Shown here piece by piece: positions 24,637 to 34,700 of a stretch of 64,000 nt of DNA. The notes under the pieces are model-generated. The model was given only the letters and a program-made list of their open reading frames with translations. It was not told where the DNA came from and did not search any database. The stretch comes from Escherichia phage moskry, in sequence record MN850651.1. The stretch is one strand, 5' to 3'. The position numbers and the translations under genes were made by a program. Every line of letters begins with the position of its first letter. Position 1 is the stretch's first letter.

Positions 24637-24637
24637 A

Positions 24638-24669
24638 CAAAAAAAAAAGGGACCTTACGGTCCCTTTTT
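24638..24669. terminator. Bidirectional terminator between gene 24 (+) and rnlB (-)
   Basis: A-run, hairpin GGGACCuuacGGUCCC, T-run. Confidence 0.7.
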
Positions 24670-24671
24670 CG

Positions 24672-25670
24672 TTATGATACTAATTCAATCCATGCAGGAC
24701 GCAGAACATCTTGCACCATTCTGACTAATTCTTTCTTAACAAGATTCGGATTATCAGATGATGTTAATACAATACCTTCACGAGAAGTTTCTTCCAGAAT
24801 ATCTTGAACAGTCAATCCCATCACTTTGCCAAAATCTTTTGGCGTTACAGTCCCAATCTTAGAAATCACATTATTAATACGATTTAATGTAACATAACAA
24901 GCTAGAACATCAAGCAAGTTTTTGTCAGTTTCGGTTAATGGAACCTGAGTTTTAATAGGCTTATCAGACTTTTTCTTTTCACTGAATTTAGAGTTCTTGC
25001 ACTTAATAGCTACACGAGTACCGTTTGGCAGCCATTTAGGGAAACAGGGCTTCAGAACATAACCTTCTGCCGTATTATCGCCAATAACATTAGCATCAAA
25101 TACGCAATTATTTGCTTCGACAAGGTCTTCCGATGCCGTGGCGTTATAAGCGGCTAAGACGGAATCAAGGTCATTTGGAATCATGATAAGAGAATCAAAT
25201 GTTCCACGTCCAAGCATTGGTGCCATTTTAAAACCGAATTCATTACAGAAATCTTGCATTTCGTAATCGGTCAAATACGTATTATCACCACTTTCTGTAT
25301 TGATAAGGATATCGAACACGTAAAAATCTTTTTCACCGTAGTCAACACCTTTCTGGATTCCACCACCAGCGAATTCACCGAATACTTGATATGATACGGC
25401 TCGAGCTGTGTACATGAATTCCTGAACGGCTTTAATAGCTTTATCATACTTCTTGAGTATGATTTCATAACCATAAAAATCTTCTGCTGGAAGAATAGGG
25501 CCTGTGCGCTTGGCGCATGTGACGTTGTCACGTTCAATTATTAACGAGAAGTTAGTCCCATGGATTTTCTCACGTGCTACCCAAACACCAGTAGTCAAAC
25601 CATTAGTGTAGAGTTTTTCAATAAACTTAGAGTTGTAGTGGTTTTCAAGACTGCTGTATTTCTTAAACAT
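24672..25670 (-). CDS. rnlB: RNA ligase 2
   Basis: 332 aa; nucleotidyltransferase motif I KIHGTN; MotA-box middle promoter upstream. Confidence 0.85.
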   Translation of the reverse strand: MFKKYSSLENHYNSKFIEKLYTNGLTTGVWVAREKIHGTNFSLIIERDNVTCAKRTGPILPAEDFYGYEIILKKYDKAIKAVQEFMYTARAVSYQVFGEFAGGGIQKGVDYGEKDFYVFDILINTESGDNTYLTDYEMQDFCNEFGFKMAPMLGRGTFDSLIMIPNDLDSVLAAYNATASEDLVEANNCVFDANVIGDNTAEGYVLKPCFPKWLPNGTRVAIKCKNSKFSEKKKSDKPIKTQVPLTETDKNLLDVLACYVTLNRINNVISKIGTVTPKDFGKVMGLTVQDILEETSREGIVLTSSDNPNLVKKELVRMVQDVLRPAWIELVS

Positions 25671-25761
25671 AAATCACCATTATAAATAATAATATCAAAA
25701 TAATTAGCAGAGACTCTGTCTCCGACCAGATGTTTAATTTGAATGGATAGAACCTAGATTC

Positions 25762-25787
25762 ATTATACCATCAAAAAATGTAAAGCA
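25762..25787 (-). promoter_or_regulatory. MotA-dependent middle promoter for rnlB
   Basis: MotA box TGCTTTA, 13-nt spacer, -10 TATAAT. Confidence 0.55.
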
Positions 25788-25789
25788 TA

Positions 25790-26041
25790 TTAGAACTTGA
25801 TTTCTATCCAATGACCATCACGCTGGTCGTGATTAATTTTATACTGAAAGCCATTATCACGTAACCACTGCCCGACTTGCTCAGTGATAGTTAAATCATT
25901 CTTTGACGGATAGTATGTAAATTGTGTCTGGCCTTTATCAGCGGCTTTCTCTGCCATCACAGAGAAGTTAGTAATAAAATCACTCAACAAATTAGCTTTA
26001 GTGGCCAGAGCCCTTTCTCTTAATTCCTGTGCAAAACTCAT
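25790..26041 (-). CDS. Hypothetical protein (T4 24.2-like position)
   Basis: 83-aa ORF; position only. Confidence 0.45.
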   Translation of the reverse strand: MSFAQELRERALATKANLLSDFITNFSVMAEKAADKGQTQFTYYPSKNDLTITEQVGQWLRDNGFQYKINHDQRDGHWIEIKF

Positions 26042-26232
26042 TTCTTCACCTTTTTGTTAATCAAACGTTTACGGTATACAACTTTTTCTTTTGCTTTAAA
26101 CTTTGACCGAGCTGTCTCGGCTTTAGTCCATAGTAATCCAACTTCTTTAGGTTGTAAACCGATTTTTTGAGCAATTTCTACGAATGAAAATCCCGCCTCA
26201 TGTAATGTATAAACTTCAACTTCAGCTCTCAT
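26038..26232 (-). CDS. Small helix-turn-helix protein (T4 24.3-like position)
   Basis: ORF-track start is a TTG; ATG at 26232 preferred; HTH-like FSFVEIAQKIGLQPKEV. Confidence 0.4.
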   Translation of the reverse strand: MRAEVEVYTLHEAGFSFVEIAQKIGLQPKEVGLLWTKAETARSKFKAKEKVVYRKRLINKKVKK

Positions 26233-26295
26233 AATCAATCCCGTATTATTTGGTTTGTGCCATTATATACATCAATCTCAAGATGTGTTTTGTAT

Positions 26296-26327
26296 GCTTT
26301 AAAAACGAAGAAAGGGGCCGAAGCCCC
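26296..26327 (-). terminator. Terminator after hoc
   Basis: Hairpin GGGGCuucgGCCCC followed by a U-rich tract on the - strand. Confidence 0.6.
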
Positions 26328-26331
26328 TTGA

Positions 26332-27750
26332 TTATGGATATGTATAGATGATACCAGTTTCCAAAGCAGTTTTATGGATGATGTATCCATTACGTGATTC
26401 TTGAACATCAACTTCTGGATAATCTTTCATCATCTTCTGAAGAGTGTAACGATGCAGGTAGTATTTACTATCTGGATCTTCAGTTTTCCAATCTTTACCT
26501 TCTTCAGTCATTTTTTGGATTTCATCCATAACCCACCATCCGCACCAGATGTAAGCTGAAGTACGATGTGGAAGAGGATGAACATAAGGTAATTCACCTT
26601 CTGGTTCTGGAGCAACTTTATCGGTTACCTGAACTTGACCTTCTGCTGTAATAGTTTTGCTATCGTAATCAGTTGCAGTAATAGTTGCAGTAACTTCAAT
26701 AGTTTGACTTCCAATAGATGAGGTATCAACGGTATATACATTAGTTGACCCTTCTACAGGAGAAGAATCTTTCTTCCATGAATACTCAATTTGCGCTTCT
26801 TCTGGAGCATCAGTGACATTAGCGGTAAATGTAGCCGAAGCATCTTGCTGAACGTTAATAGAAGGAGGAGTCAATGTAACCCGTGGATTCATTGTCTTCT
26901 TATTAACCGTTAATGATACTTCATTCGAAGTAACTTCCTTTGCATCATAATCTGTCGCGGTTACTTGGGCTACACATTTAATTCTTTTTACCCCGCTTGT
27001 AGTCGGAGTATAGCTAAATGTAGAGTTAGTTTCTCCACCAACCTGTGAATCATCTACATACCACTGATACGTAGCAGACGCTCCAACCGGTTGAGAAGCT
27101 AAGGCAGCAGTAAATTGAACTGGGGTTCCAATTACTCCGGCTGAAGGACTATTGGGAGTTACTGCCAACGTAGTTGTCTGTGTCTTTTTATTAACAGTCA
27201 GTGACACTTCATTAGAAGTAACGCTTAGTGCGTCATAATCTGTTGCGGTTACTTGAGCCACACACTTAATTCTTTTTACCCCGCTTTCGGCAGGAGTGTA
27301 ATTGAACGTAGCGTTAGTTGCTTCACCAACAGGAGAATCATCTACATACCATTGATAAGTAGCGTTTGCGCCTGATGGCTGCGAAGCTAAAGCGGCAGTA
27401 AATTGAATAGCTGTTCCTATTACTCCAGCGTCAGGGCTATTAGGAGTTACAGCTAAGGTAGTCGTTTGTGTCTTGTTTTGAACTGTGATAGTTGTAGTAG
27501 CTTCTGCTGTTTCAGCTTCAGCTTCTGGAACTGTATTTGTTGCAACTACTTTAATAGTCTTTTGACCGGCAGGTCCTTTTAGTACATAACTAAAAGTTGC
27601 TTCAGCTCCATCTTGTGGAACATCATCCACAGACCAAGCATATGTAATAGGTCCATCTCCAGTTTGACCACTGGGTGTAGCAGTAAACTGCTTAGTCTCA
27701 TCTATAACTCCAGTAGGTGTTTTAGGAGTTATATCAACTGTAAAAGCCAT
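26332..27750 (-). CDS. hoc: Highly immunogenic outer capsid protein Hoc with an extra tandem Ig-like domain
   Basis: 472 aa versus 376 aa in T4; N- and C-terminal regions match T4 Hoc; a 96-aa Ig-like domain is present twice in tandem. Confidence 0.85.
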   Translation of the reverse strand: MAFTVDITPKTPTGVIDETKQFTATPSGQTGDGPITYAWSVDDVPQDGAEATFSYVLKGPAGQKTIKVVATNTVPEAEAETAEATTTITVQNKTQTTTLAVTPNSPDAGVIGTAIQFTAALASQPSGANATYQWYVDDSPVGEATNATFNYTPAESGVKRIKCVAQVTATDYDALSVTSNEVSLTVNKKTQTTTLAVTPNSPSAGVIGTPVQFTAALASQPVGASATYQWYVDDSQVGGETNSTFSYTPTTSGVKRIKCVAQVTATDYDAKEVTSNEVSLTVNKKTMNPRVTLTPPSINVQQDASATFTANVTDAPEEAQIEYSWKKDSSPVEGSTNVYTVDTSSIGSQTIEVTATITATDYDSKTITAEGQVQVTDKVAPEPEGELPYVHPLPHRTSAYIWCGWWVMDEIQKMTEEGKDWKTEDPDSKYYLHRYTLQKMMKDYPEVDVQESRNGYIIHKTALETGIIYTYP

Positions 27751-27759
27751 AACTTATCC

Positions 27760-28428
27760 TTATTTTAATGTTACGAAAGAAGAATTACGAGTTTCACGAA
27801 TTAGAACTGATCCATCGCGATTAATATAATAAATTAAGCTAAATAATGTTTGGTGAGCAGAAGCATGCACAAAACTAGTTGGGCGAGATTTCCAATCTGG
27901 GGTTTCGGCTATCCATTGATAAATCCACCAAGGAACAGTAACATATCCTGGGCCTTTGCCTAATTTAATGAGTGTAGGACTAAAATTTTCAGGCAGAACA
28001 AATTTTACTTCTTTATTTACCTCTGGTTCAGGCTCTTTTTCGGATTCAACAATCTGAGTAATTGCTTCTTCGAATTTATCATGGTCGAATTCTTTTTCTT
28101 GTTCGACAACTTCTAATACTTCAACTTGTTCTGTTGGAGAATCAAACAACAGAATAGCTTCTTCTTTAACTTCTTCGTTGGTGAAATTAACACCGTCCAC
28201 ATCATCTGCGGCAGTAATTAAATCGGTGATAGATAATCCATCAGTTTCAGGTAATGGTTCATCAGCCAGTGCGTTAAGAGCTTCTTCGATATCAATAACA
28301 ATATTATCGAATGATTTTGTTTTCTTAACACTAATGCCAAATTGTTCCGCGTATTCAAACAGTTTAGCTTTGGCTTCCTTTTTATCAGAAAGAGCACGTA
28401 ACTCTTCAATATAGTCTTTATCGATCAT
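27760..28428 (-). CDS. inh: Putative inhibitor of prohead protease
   Basis: 222-aa acidic protein directly after hoc as in T4; RBS GAGGAA. Confidence 0.5.
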   Translation of the reverse strand: MIDKDYIEELRALSDKKEAKAKLFEYAEQFGISVKKTKSFDNIVIDIEEALNALADEPLPETDGLSITDLITAADDVDGVNFTNEEVKEEAILLFDSPTEQVEVLEVVEQEKEFDHDKFEEAITQIVESEKEPEPEVNKEVKFVLPENFSPTLIKLGKGPGYVTVPWWIYQWIAETPDWKSRPTSFVHASAHQTLFSLIYYINRDGSVLIRETRNSSFVTLK

Positions 28429-28441
28429 GGTATTTCCTCAT

Positions 28442-28449
28442 TATAAATA
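28442..28449 (+). promoter_or_regulatory. Late promoter TATAAATA for uvsW
   Basis: Exact match about 30 nt upstream of the uvsW ATG. Confidence 0.65.
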
Positions 28450-28478
28450 TAACTATATTTATTACATGGTAATTTGAC

Positions 28479-29993
28479 ATGACTGACATTAAAGTACATT
28501 TTCATGATTTTAGTCACGTGCGCATTGAATGCGACGAAAGTACGTTTTACGAACTTCGTGACTTTTTTAGCTTTGAAGCTGACGGGTATAAATTTAACCC
28601 AAAATATCGCTATGGGCAATGGGATGGTAGAATTCGACTTTTAGATTACAATCGTTTGTTACCATATGGACTTGTAGGTCAAATAAAAAAGTTCTGTAAC
28701 AATATGAGTTATTCTGTATGGATTGACCCTAAAATCTTTGAGACTGAAGACCTTACCAGGGAAGATTTTGACGCATGGCTTTCTAAACAAGAAATTTATT
28801 CTGGCAACGCCAAAATTGAACCACATTGGTATCAAAAAGATGCAGTATATGAAGGACTAGTTAATCGTCGTCGAATTTTAAACCTTCCAACATCAGCAGG
28901 TAAATCACTAATCCAAGCACTTTTAGCTCGATATTATCTAGAGAACTATGAAGGTAAAATTCTCATTATCGTCCCTACAACGGCATTGACAACTCAGATG
29001 GCTAATGATTTTGTTGATTATCGCTTGTTTAGTCATTCGATGATTAAGAAAATTGGCGGTGGTGCTGATAAAGCGGACAGAGCTAAAAACGACGCTCCAA
29101 TTATTGTTGGCACATGGCAAACGGTAGTTAAGCAGCCTAAAGAATGGTTCTCTCAGTTCGGTATGATGATGAACGATGAATGCCACTTAGCAACAGGCAA
29201 AAGTATTTCTTCAATCATCTCAGGATTAAATAATTGCATGTTTAAATTCGGTTTATCCGGCTCATTAAGAGACGGAAAAGCCAATGTAATGCAGTATGTA
29301 GGCATGTTCGGCGAAATCTTCCGTCCTGTTAGCACGTCTAAATTAATGGAAGATGGACAGGTAACTGAGCTTAAGATTAATAGTATTTTCCTTCGTTATC
29401 CAGATGAATTCGCCATTAAATTAAAAGGTAAAACATACCAAGAAGAAGTTAAAATTATTACCGGACTAAAACGTCGTACAAAGTGGATTGCTCAACTTTC
29501 AGTCAAATTGGCTAAGAAAGACGAGAACGCCTTTGTAATGTTTAAACACGTTACACACGGTAAAGAAATATTTGAAGCTATTAAAGAGCTTGGATACGAA
29601 AAAGTTTATTACGTATCAGGTGAAGTTGATACTGAAACACGTAACGCGCTTAAAGTCATGGCAGAAAATGGTAAAGGCATTATTATTGTCGCATCATACG
29701 GAGTATTCTCTACTGGTATTTCAGTCAAGAATCTTCATCATGTTATTTTTGCTCATGGTGTTAAATCAAAAATTATCGTACTTCAAACCGTAGGTCGTGT
29801 GCTTCGTAAGCACGGTTCTAAAGCTGTTGCTACAGTTTGGGATCTCATAGATGACGCAGGTGTAAAACCTAAATCATTAAATACTAAAAAGAAGTATACT
29901 CATCTTAATTACTTGTTAAAACACGGTATTGATCGTATCCAACGTTACGCTGATGAGAAATTTAACTATGTAATGAAAACAATTAATTTATAA
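28479..29993 (+). CDS. uvsW: UvsW SF2 DNA/RNA helicase
   Basis: 504 aa; Walker A LPTSAGKS and DECH box; late promoter at 28442. Confidence 0.9.
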   Translation: MTDIKVHFHDFSHVRIECDESTFYELRDFFSFEADGYKFNPKYRYGQWDGRIRLLDYNRLLPYGLVGQIKKFCNNMSYSVWIDPKIFETEDLTREDFDAWLSKQEIYSGNAKIEPHWYQKDAVYEGLVNRRRILNLPTSAGKSLIQALLARYYLENYEGKILIIVPTTALTTQMANDFVDYRLFSHSMIKKIGGGADKADRAKNDAPIIVGTWQTVVKQPKEWFSQFGMMMNDECHLATGKSISSIISGLNNCMFKFGLSGSLRDGKANVMQYVGMFGEIFRPVSTSKLMEDGQVTELKINSIFLRYPDEFAIKLKGKTYQEEVKIITGLKRRTKWIAQLSVKLAKKDENAFVMFKHVTHGKEIFEAIKELGYEKVYYVSGEVDTETRNALKVMAENGKGIIIVASYGVFSTGISVKNLHHVIFAHGVKSKIIVLQTVGRVLRKHGSKAVATVWDLIDDAGVKPKSLNTKKKYTHLNYLLKHGIDRIQRYADEKFNYVMKTINL

Positions 29994-30018
29994 GGGCTTC
30001 GGCCCTTAGGAGATAAAA

Positions 30019-30249
30019 ATGGTACTTGAATTTAAACAATTTTTATACGAAGCATCTATTGACGAATTCATGGGTAAAATTGCTAGTTGTCATACCTTAG
30101 AAGGGCTTGAAGAATTGGAAGCTTATTATAAGAAACGTATAAAAGAAACGGAATTAAAAGATACAGATGATATTTCTGTCAGGGATGCCTTAGCAGGTAA
30201 GCGTGCCGAACTTGAAGGCGATGATGAGGATGTGGAAGAAGACTTCTAA
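30019..30249 (+). CDS. UvsW.1-like small acidic protein
   Basis: 76 aa; RBS GGAG; follows uvsW. Confidence 0.6.
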   Translation: MVLEFKQFLYEASIDEFMGKIASCHTLEGLEELEAYYKKRIKETELKDTDDISVRDALAGKRAELEGDDEDVEEDF

Positions 30250-30251
30250 TT

Positions 30252-30286
30252 AAAAAAAGGCCCGACCTTTTTGGAAGGGCCAAAAA
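30252..30286. terminator. Hairpin terminator between uvsW.1 (+) and the uvsY operon (-)
   Basis: GGCCC...GGGCC stem flanked by A-runs on both sides. Confidence 0.5.
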
Positions 30287-30307
30287 CCATAGGCAAAAAA
30301 GGTAACA

Positions 30308-30475
30308 CTATAGTAAAAGTTGGGTTTCGTTCAATTGCTCTTCTGAACTTTCTGAAACCGGCAATTGTTGGACATAATTATAACAAGGACCAGGATGTGC
30401 TGGACCTTTGTCTGTTTCAACAACCAATGCAGAATCGATTGGAGTTTTACAGACAACACAAATCTTATCTGACAT
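30308..30475 (-). CDS. Small 55-aa Cys-rich protein (uvsY.-2-like position), absent from the ORF track
   Basis: Hand translation: MSDKICVVCKTPIDSALVVETDKGPAHPGPCYNYVQQLPVSESSEEQLNETQLLL; RBS GGAGG 5 nt upstream; terminator downstream. Confidence 0.45.
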   Translation of the reverse strand: MSDKICVVCKTPIDSALVVETDKGPAHPGPCYNYVQQLPVSESSEEQLNETQLLL

Positions 30476-30507
30476 GATTGCCTCCTAAGTTGAAATTACA
30501 TATCTAT

Positions 30508-30732
30508 TTATACCACTCGCATGCACATATCGATACCCATATCTTTTGTATAAAAATACTCGTCGATGTACCCAGCAAACTTCCCTTTAATATAAAGGAC
30601 GTCTTCGCCACAAGGATGGTCTGCCAGGATACGAATATCCTGACGACGTAGACGATACTTTTCCATTAAGAATTTAATTTCAGTTTCAAATTCTTCATCA
30701 TTATTAAAGGCATCTTCAATTGAATAACGCAT
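30508..30732 (-). CDS. UvsY.-1-like protein
   Basis: 74 aa; start overlaps the uvsY stop (TAATG). Confidence 0.55.
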   Translation of the reverse strand: MRYSIEDAFNNDEEFETEIKFLMEKYRLRRQDIRILADHPCGEDVLYIKGKFAGYIDEYFYTKDMGIDMCMRVV

Positions 30733-31145
30733 TATTGCCCCGCTTCAAATTCTCGCATATCCTGGATATGTTTAAGTGCAAAACTACGAGATTTAACTGC
30801 GTCAAGTGCACCACTACAGAACTCAAGTAAAATTCCCCAGTATTGTAAAGTAGTCTCTATTTTAAGCACATCTTTATCTGCAGCCAGGACAGTTTTCATT
30901 TCAGATTTCTCGTATCGGTCCATACTGAATTCATCACCATCACCTCGTCCCGAGTAGTAGTCTAATCTCGCTTTTAGAGCAGTTTTCTTCTGAGTCTCTA
31001 TACGCAACATTTCTTTACGAATAAATGAGTGCTTACGTAACCATTTGCTGTATAACTTAACATTATTCGCCGTCTCGTATTGCAACTTTGTCGTATCAAT
31101 AACTAAGTCTGCGTCTAACTCTTCCTGTAAATCTTCCAGCTTCAT
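30732..31145 (-). CDS. uvsY: UvsY recombination mediator
   Basis: Start moved to MKLEDLQEEL (137 aa as in T4); the 27-codon extension in the ORF track overlaps the MotA-box promoter. Confidence 0.85.
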   Translation of the reverse strand: MKLEDLQEELDADLVIDTTKLQYETANNVKLYSKWLRKHSFIRKEMLRIETQKKTALKARLDYYSGRGDGDEFSMDRYEKSEMKTVLAADKDVLKIETTLQYWGILLEFCSGALDAVKSRSFALKHIQDMREFEAGQ

Positions 31146-31200
31146 AATATTCTCTCTTTTAACTAATAATCTCCCGGCTGTATCGGAAGGACCTAAAACC

Positions 31201-31226
31201 ATTATACATAGGTTGCCTTGAAGCAT
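31201..31226 (-). promoter_or_regulatory. MotA-dependent middle promoter for uvsY
   Basis: MotA box ATGCTTCA, 12-nt spacer, -10 TATAAT, about 55 nt upstream of the uvsY ATG. Confidence 0.65.
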
Positions 31227-31624
31227 TACACTCTATTGCTTGATGCTAACTGAAGTTTGATTTGTTCGATATCATCAGGGTTATCTACGACCGAAAATCT
31301 AATCTCTACTATAACTGTATAGTCATCATATACTGGCGTTACACTTACAGAAAGTTTGTCGATGCGCGGCTCATAGTTACGGACGGCTGCCTGGATATTA
31401 CGCTCAATCGTATCGGCTGTAAGTGGTGACATGTTCTCGAAAAGTTCATCAACCAAATCGCATCCAAATTCAGGGTCGAAGGGGCGTGAGCCTTTTCTAG
31501 TTGTCACTATGCCAAGAAGACTATTTTTAATAGAACGAAGTCCTACAGAACGAGCAACGTCCTTGTTCCAATCCATACGCATTTCTGGGTCGATATCTGA
31601 ATAAAGTTTATTGATATTAGACAT
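31226..31624 (-). CDS. 25: Baseplate wedge protein gp25
   Basis: 132 aa as in T4; synteny. Confidence 0.9.
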   Translation of the reverse strand: MSNINKLYSDIDPEMRMDWNKDVARSVGLRSIKNSLLGIVTTRKGSRPFDPEFGCDLVDELFENMSPLTADTIERNIQAAVRNYEPRIDKLSVSVTPVYDDYTVIVEIRFSVVDNPDDIEQIKLQLASSNRV

Positions 31625-32250
31625 TATAGTAACTCAAAGAATTCTTTGAGGCCTCGTATTGTGTGAACGTGTGACGCCCCACATTTGGGACATTTAATAG
31701 GGGTTGCCAGATAAATTGATGGCGACACCAAAAGATTTTTAATATTGATCATATCATCTTCTGTTATAAGGCCGTAAAGGTCGTTTATTTCTGCTTCAGT
31801 TAAATCTTCAACAGCGATGGACTCTCCATTTACAAAAACGGCCTCAATACATGAAGCAATCATTAATGCGATATTTTTATCGTCAAATAATTTAGGTTGA
31901 CGGAACTTAATTTTAATACCACTAAACGAATACCAGGGATCGGCCTGTTCATCTAATTGAGTGTGCAATAAATTCATATAGACTTGAAATGAATGCCCAC
32001 AGGAACAATTCCAGGTGTGTTCTTGATTCACTTCACCTAACGAATGTGCCCACAGATTTACCAACAATAACTCGGCTTCTTGTTTAGTCAAGTTTTTAGC
32101 GTTAGAGCAATTAGTGATAATATTGTTCACTGCTGATTCAATAGTACCGGTAGCCCGCGCACCTATGAGTCCTAAATATTCTTTTAAAGTAAAGGCTCTA
32201 CAATTCACTTCTTTATCGCCTAAACGTACGGTAAACGTATATTTGTACAT
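31624..32250 (-). CDS. 26: Baseplate hub protein gp26
   Basis: 208 aa as in T4; divergent from gene 51. Confidence 0.85.
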   Translation of the reverse strand: MYKYTFTVRLGDKEVNCRAFTLKEYLGLIGARATGTIESAVNNIITNCSNAKNLTKQEAELLLVNLWAHSLGEVNQEHTWNCSCGHSFQVYMNLLHTQLDEQADPWYSFSGIKIKFRQPKLFDDKNIALMIASCIEAVFVNGESIAVEDLTEAEINDLYGLITEDDMINIKNLLVSPSIYLATPIKCPKCGASHVHTIRGLKEFFELL

Positions 32251-32268
32251 GTTAACTCCTTTATTGTG

Positions 32269-32276
32269 TATTTATA
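32269..32276 (-). promoter_or_regulatory. Late promoter TATAAATA for genes 26/25
   Basis: Reverse-strand TATAAATA within the same 12-nt element. Confidence 0.65.
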
Positions 32277-32280
32277 AATA
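32273..32280 (+). promoter_or_regulatory. Late promoter TATAAATA for gene 51
   Basis: Within TATTTATAAATA; overlaps the divergent gene 26 late promoter. Confidence 0.7.
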
Positions 32281-32297
32281 ATAGAAAAGGAGTAATT

Positions 32298-33050
32298 ATG
32301 GCTAATATAATTCGTTGTAAATTACCGGATGGTGTTCATCGTTTTAAGCCGTTCACTGTGGCGGATTATAGAGACTTTTTACTAGTTAGAAATGATATCG
32401 AACATCGTTCGCCGCAAGAACAAAAAGAAATAATTGCTGATCTGATTGATGATTATTTTGGCGAGTACCCTAAAACATGGCAACCATTTATATTCCTGCA
32501 AGTTTTTGCAGGCTCTATAGGCAAAACAAAAGTTCCCGTTATTTTCACTTGCCCTAAATGCTCTAAAGAAAAAACTGCGCCATTTGAGATATATCAAAAA
32601 GAACTAGTCGAACCTGAACTTGATGTTGCTGGTATAAAAATACGGTTTTCTTTCCCTGAAAAGTTTTATGACAACAAGGCATTAATGATAAGTGAAAACA
32701 TAAAAGAAATATACTATAATGATGAATGGTACCCATGGAATGATTTGACTGAAGAGAACCAAATCCAAGTAATAGAAGCAATAGACATTGACTCGCTCGA
32801 GAAGGTTATTGCTTCTATGAACCCTATTAATTTGACCCTTAGATTAGGTTGTTGTGAACGTCATGTTAAAACATATACCGATATCTTAGAGGTTTTTAAA
32901 TTGTTAGTTAACCCTGATGAGATTTTTACATTCTATCAGATAAACCATTCACTGGTAAAGAGTCAATACACATTGGATTCTATTATGCAAATGATTCCTG
33001 TTGAACGTGGTATTGCTTTAACATTAGTAGAAAAGGACCATAAAAAATGA
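32298..33050 (+). CDS. 51: Baseplate hub assembly protein gp51
   Basis: 250 aa; late promoter and RBS AAGGAG upstream. Confidence 0.85.
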   Translation: MANIIRCKLPDGVHRFKPFTVADYRDFLLVRNDIEHRSPQEQKEIIADLIDDYFGEYPKTWQPFIFLQVFAGSIGKTKVPVIFTCPKCSKEKTAPFEIYQKELVEPELDVAGIKIRFSFPEKFYDNKALMISENIKEIYYNDEWYPWNDLTEENQIQVIEAIDIDSLEKVIASMNPINLTLRLGCCERHVKTYTDILEVFKLLVNPDEIFTFYQINHSLVKSQYTLDSIMQMIPVERGIALTLVEKDHKK

Positions 33051-34219
33051 CAGTATTCCAACGTCCAGGATATCCTAACTTAAGCGTTAAATTATACCAA
33101 GATTATTCGGCTTGGCAAGAAAATAGATACGTTGAACTCGCAGCAACAATAACAACTTTAACCATGCGAGATTCGTTATATGGAAGAAATGAAGGGATTC
33201 TTCAATTTTATGACACTAAAAACATCCACACTAAAATGGACGGTAGACAGATAGTTCAAATCTCTGTTTCAAATTCAAACACACCTCTCCAAGTTAGAAC
33301 TCGAATTTATGGATGCAAACATTATTCTGTGTCTGTGGACTCAAAAGGTGACAATATTATTGCAATTGAGCTTGGAACAATACATTCTATAGAGAACCTT
33401 AAATTTGGGCGGCCATTCTTCCCGGACGCAGGAGAATCTATACGTGAAATGTTAGGTGTCATATACAAAGACCGTGCGTTAATTACTCCGCCAATAAACA
33501 CTATTAATGCTTATGTTCCTGATATCCCTTGGACAAGCACATTTGATGATTATTTGGCATATGTCAGAGAATTAGGACTTGCTACAGCGAGTGATAAGTT
33601 CGTATTCGTATGGCAAGATATTTTAGGCGTAAACATGATTGACTATGATACTCTTATTGGTCAGGAAGGCATTAAGATGATTGTAGGTGAGCCAAATACC
33701 GTAGGTCAGTATATTCAAGAGCTTGAGTATCCATTAGTATGGGATTTCACCTGGATGACTAAAGCCAACCAATTTACAAGAGACCCTATTAAAAACGCCA
33801 CAATATTCGCCCATTCATTTTTAGATACATCTATTCCGGTTATTGTTACAGGCGATGGTGATAATGCTATTGTTGTGTCAAGATCCGGTGGATATTCCGA
33901 AATGACCTATCGTAATGGATTTGAAGAAGCAAGTCGTCTTCAGACAATGGCTCAATATGACGGATATGCTAAATGCACTACTACAGGTAATTTTAACATA
34001 ACGCCTGCTACTAAAATTATATTTGTTGACCAAAAGAACCAATTCAAATCCGAATTTTACGTAGATGAAGTTATTCATGAGTTATCAAATAACAACTCAC
34101 AAACTCATCTGTACATGTTTACCAACTCAATGGTGTTAGAACCTGTTAACCCAGTTAAGGTTAAAAATGAACTTAAATCTGATTCTACCTCTAAAGAAAA
34201 TAATTCTACCACAGTCTAA
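33047..34219 (+). CDS. 27: Baseplate hub protein gp27
   Basis: 390 aa (T4 391 aa); synteny. Confidence 0.9.
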   Translation: MTVFQRPGYPNLSVKLYQDYSAWQENRYVELAATITTLTMRDSLYGRNEGILQFYDTKNIHTKMDGRQIVQISVSNSNTPLQVRTRIYGCKHYSVSVDSKGDNIIAIELGTIHSIENLKFGRPFFPDAGESIREMLGVIYKDRALITPPINTINAYVPDIPWTSTFDDYLAYVRELGLATASDKFVFVWQDILGVNMIDYDTLIGQEGIKMIVGEPNTVGQYIQELEYPLVWDFTWMTKANQFTRDPIKNATIFAHSFLDTSIPVIVTGDGDNAIVVSRSGGYSEMTYRNGFEEASRLQTMAQYDGYAKCTTTGNFNITPATKIIFVDQKNQFKSEFYVDEVIHELSNNNSQTHLYMFTNSMVLEPVNPVKVKNELKSDSTSKENNSTTV

Positions 34220-34700
34220 TAAAAATGTAATGATTCCCAAATTAGGGCTAAAACATTATAATCTTTTAAAGGACGTTAAAGGTCCTGATGAAAACATGAA
34301 AATCTTAGCTGATTCTATTTGTAAAAATATGAGTCCTGCAGATTTTGATTTTGCATGTCTACACATATTGGAATTTAATAACAAACTTAAGTCTGAAGTT
34401 GAAAAAGACGGATTCACGTATAAACTAGATGACGTCTATGTATGCCAACGAACAGAATTCCAATTCCAAGGCAATACTTTTTATTTTAGACCTCCAGGCA
34501 AATTTGAACAATTCGCTACAATCAGTGAAATGCTATCAAATTGCTTAATAAAAGTTAATGACGAAGAGAAAGAAATTTCTTTCCTTGAGATGCCTGCTTT
34601 TGTAATCAAATGGGCAGAAGACCTTTCGACAACTATTGCTATTCCAGGCCCTAATGGCCCTATTAAGGGTATAGCAGAAATTATTGGATTGCTTGAATGA
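34167..34700 (+). CDS. 28: Baseplate hub distal protein gp28
   Basis: 177 aa as in T4; overlaps the gp27 3' end. Confidence 0.8.
   Translation: MNLNLILPLKKIILPQSNKNVMIPKLGLKHYNLLKDVKGPDENMKILADSICKNMSPADFDFACLHILEFNNKLKSEVEKDGFTYKLDDVYVCQRTEFQFQGNTFYFRPPGKFEQFATISEMLSNCLIKVNDEEKEISFLEMPAFVIKWAEDLSTTIAIPGPNGPIKGIAEIIGLLE

Noticed and set aside
25681-25688. + strand TATAAATA just beyond the rnlB start codon
   Set aside because: No + strand gene follows for 2.8 kb; in AT-rich intergenic DNA this 8-mer can occur by chance, and it would only produce antisense RNA
26890-27475. Tandem repeat that might be mistaken for a CRISPR-like or satellite array
   Set aside because: It is an in-frame duplication of a coding Ig-like domain in hoc, with only two long diverged units and no spacer structure
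30271-30477. 68-aa + strand ORF between uvsW.1 and uvsY.-1
   Set aside because: It begins inside the terminator hairpin and is antisense to the better-supported 55-aa - strand ORF, which has a GGAGG RBS
31146-31226. N-terminal extensions offered by longest-ORF starts (uvsY here; also alc at 53381, 38947, 41286, 61309 and the TTG start at 26238)
   Set aside because: The extensions overlap promoter elements or the upstream gene; internal ATGs with good RBS give T4-like protein lengths
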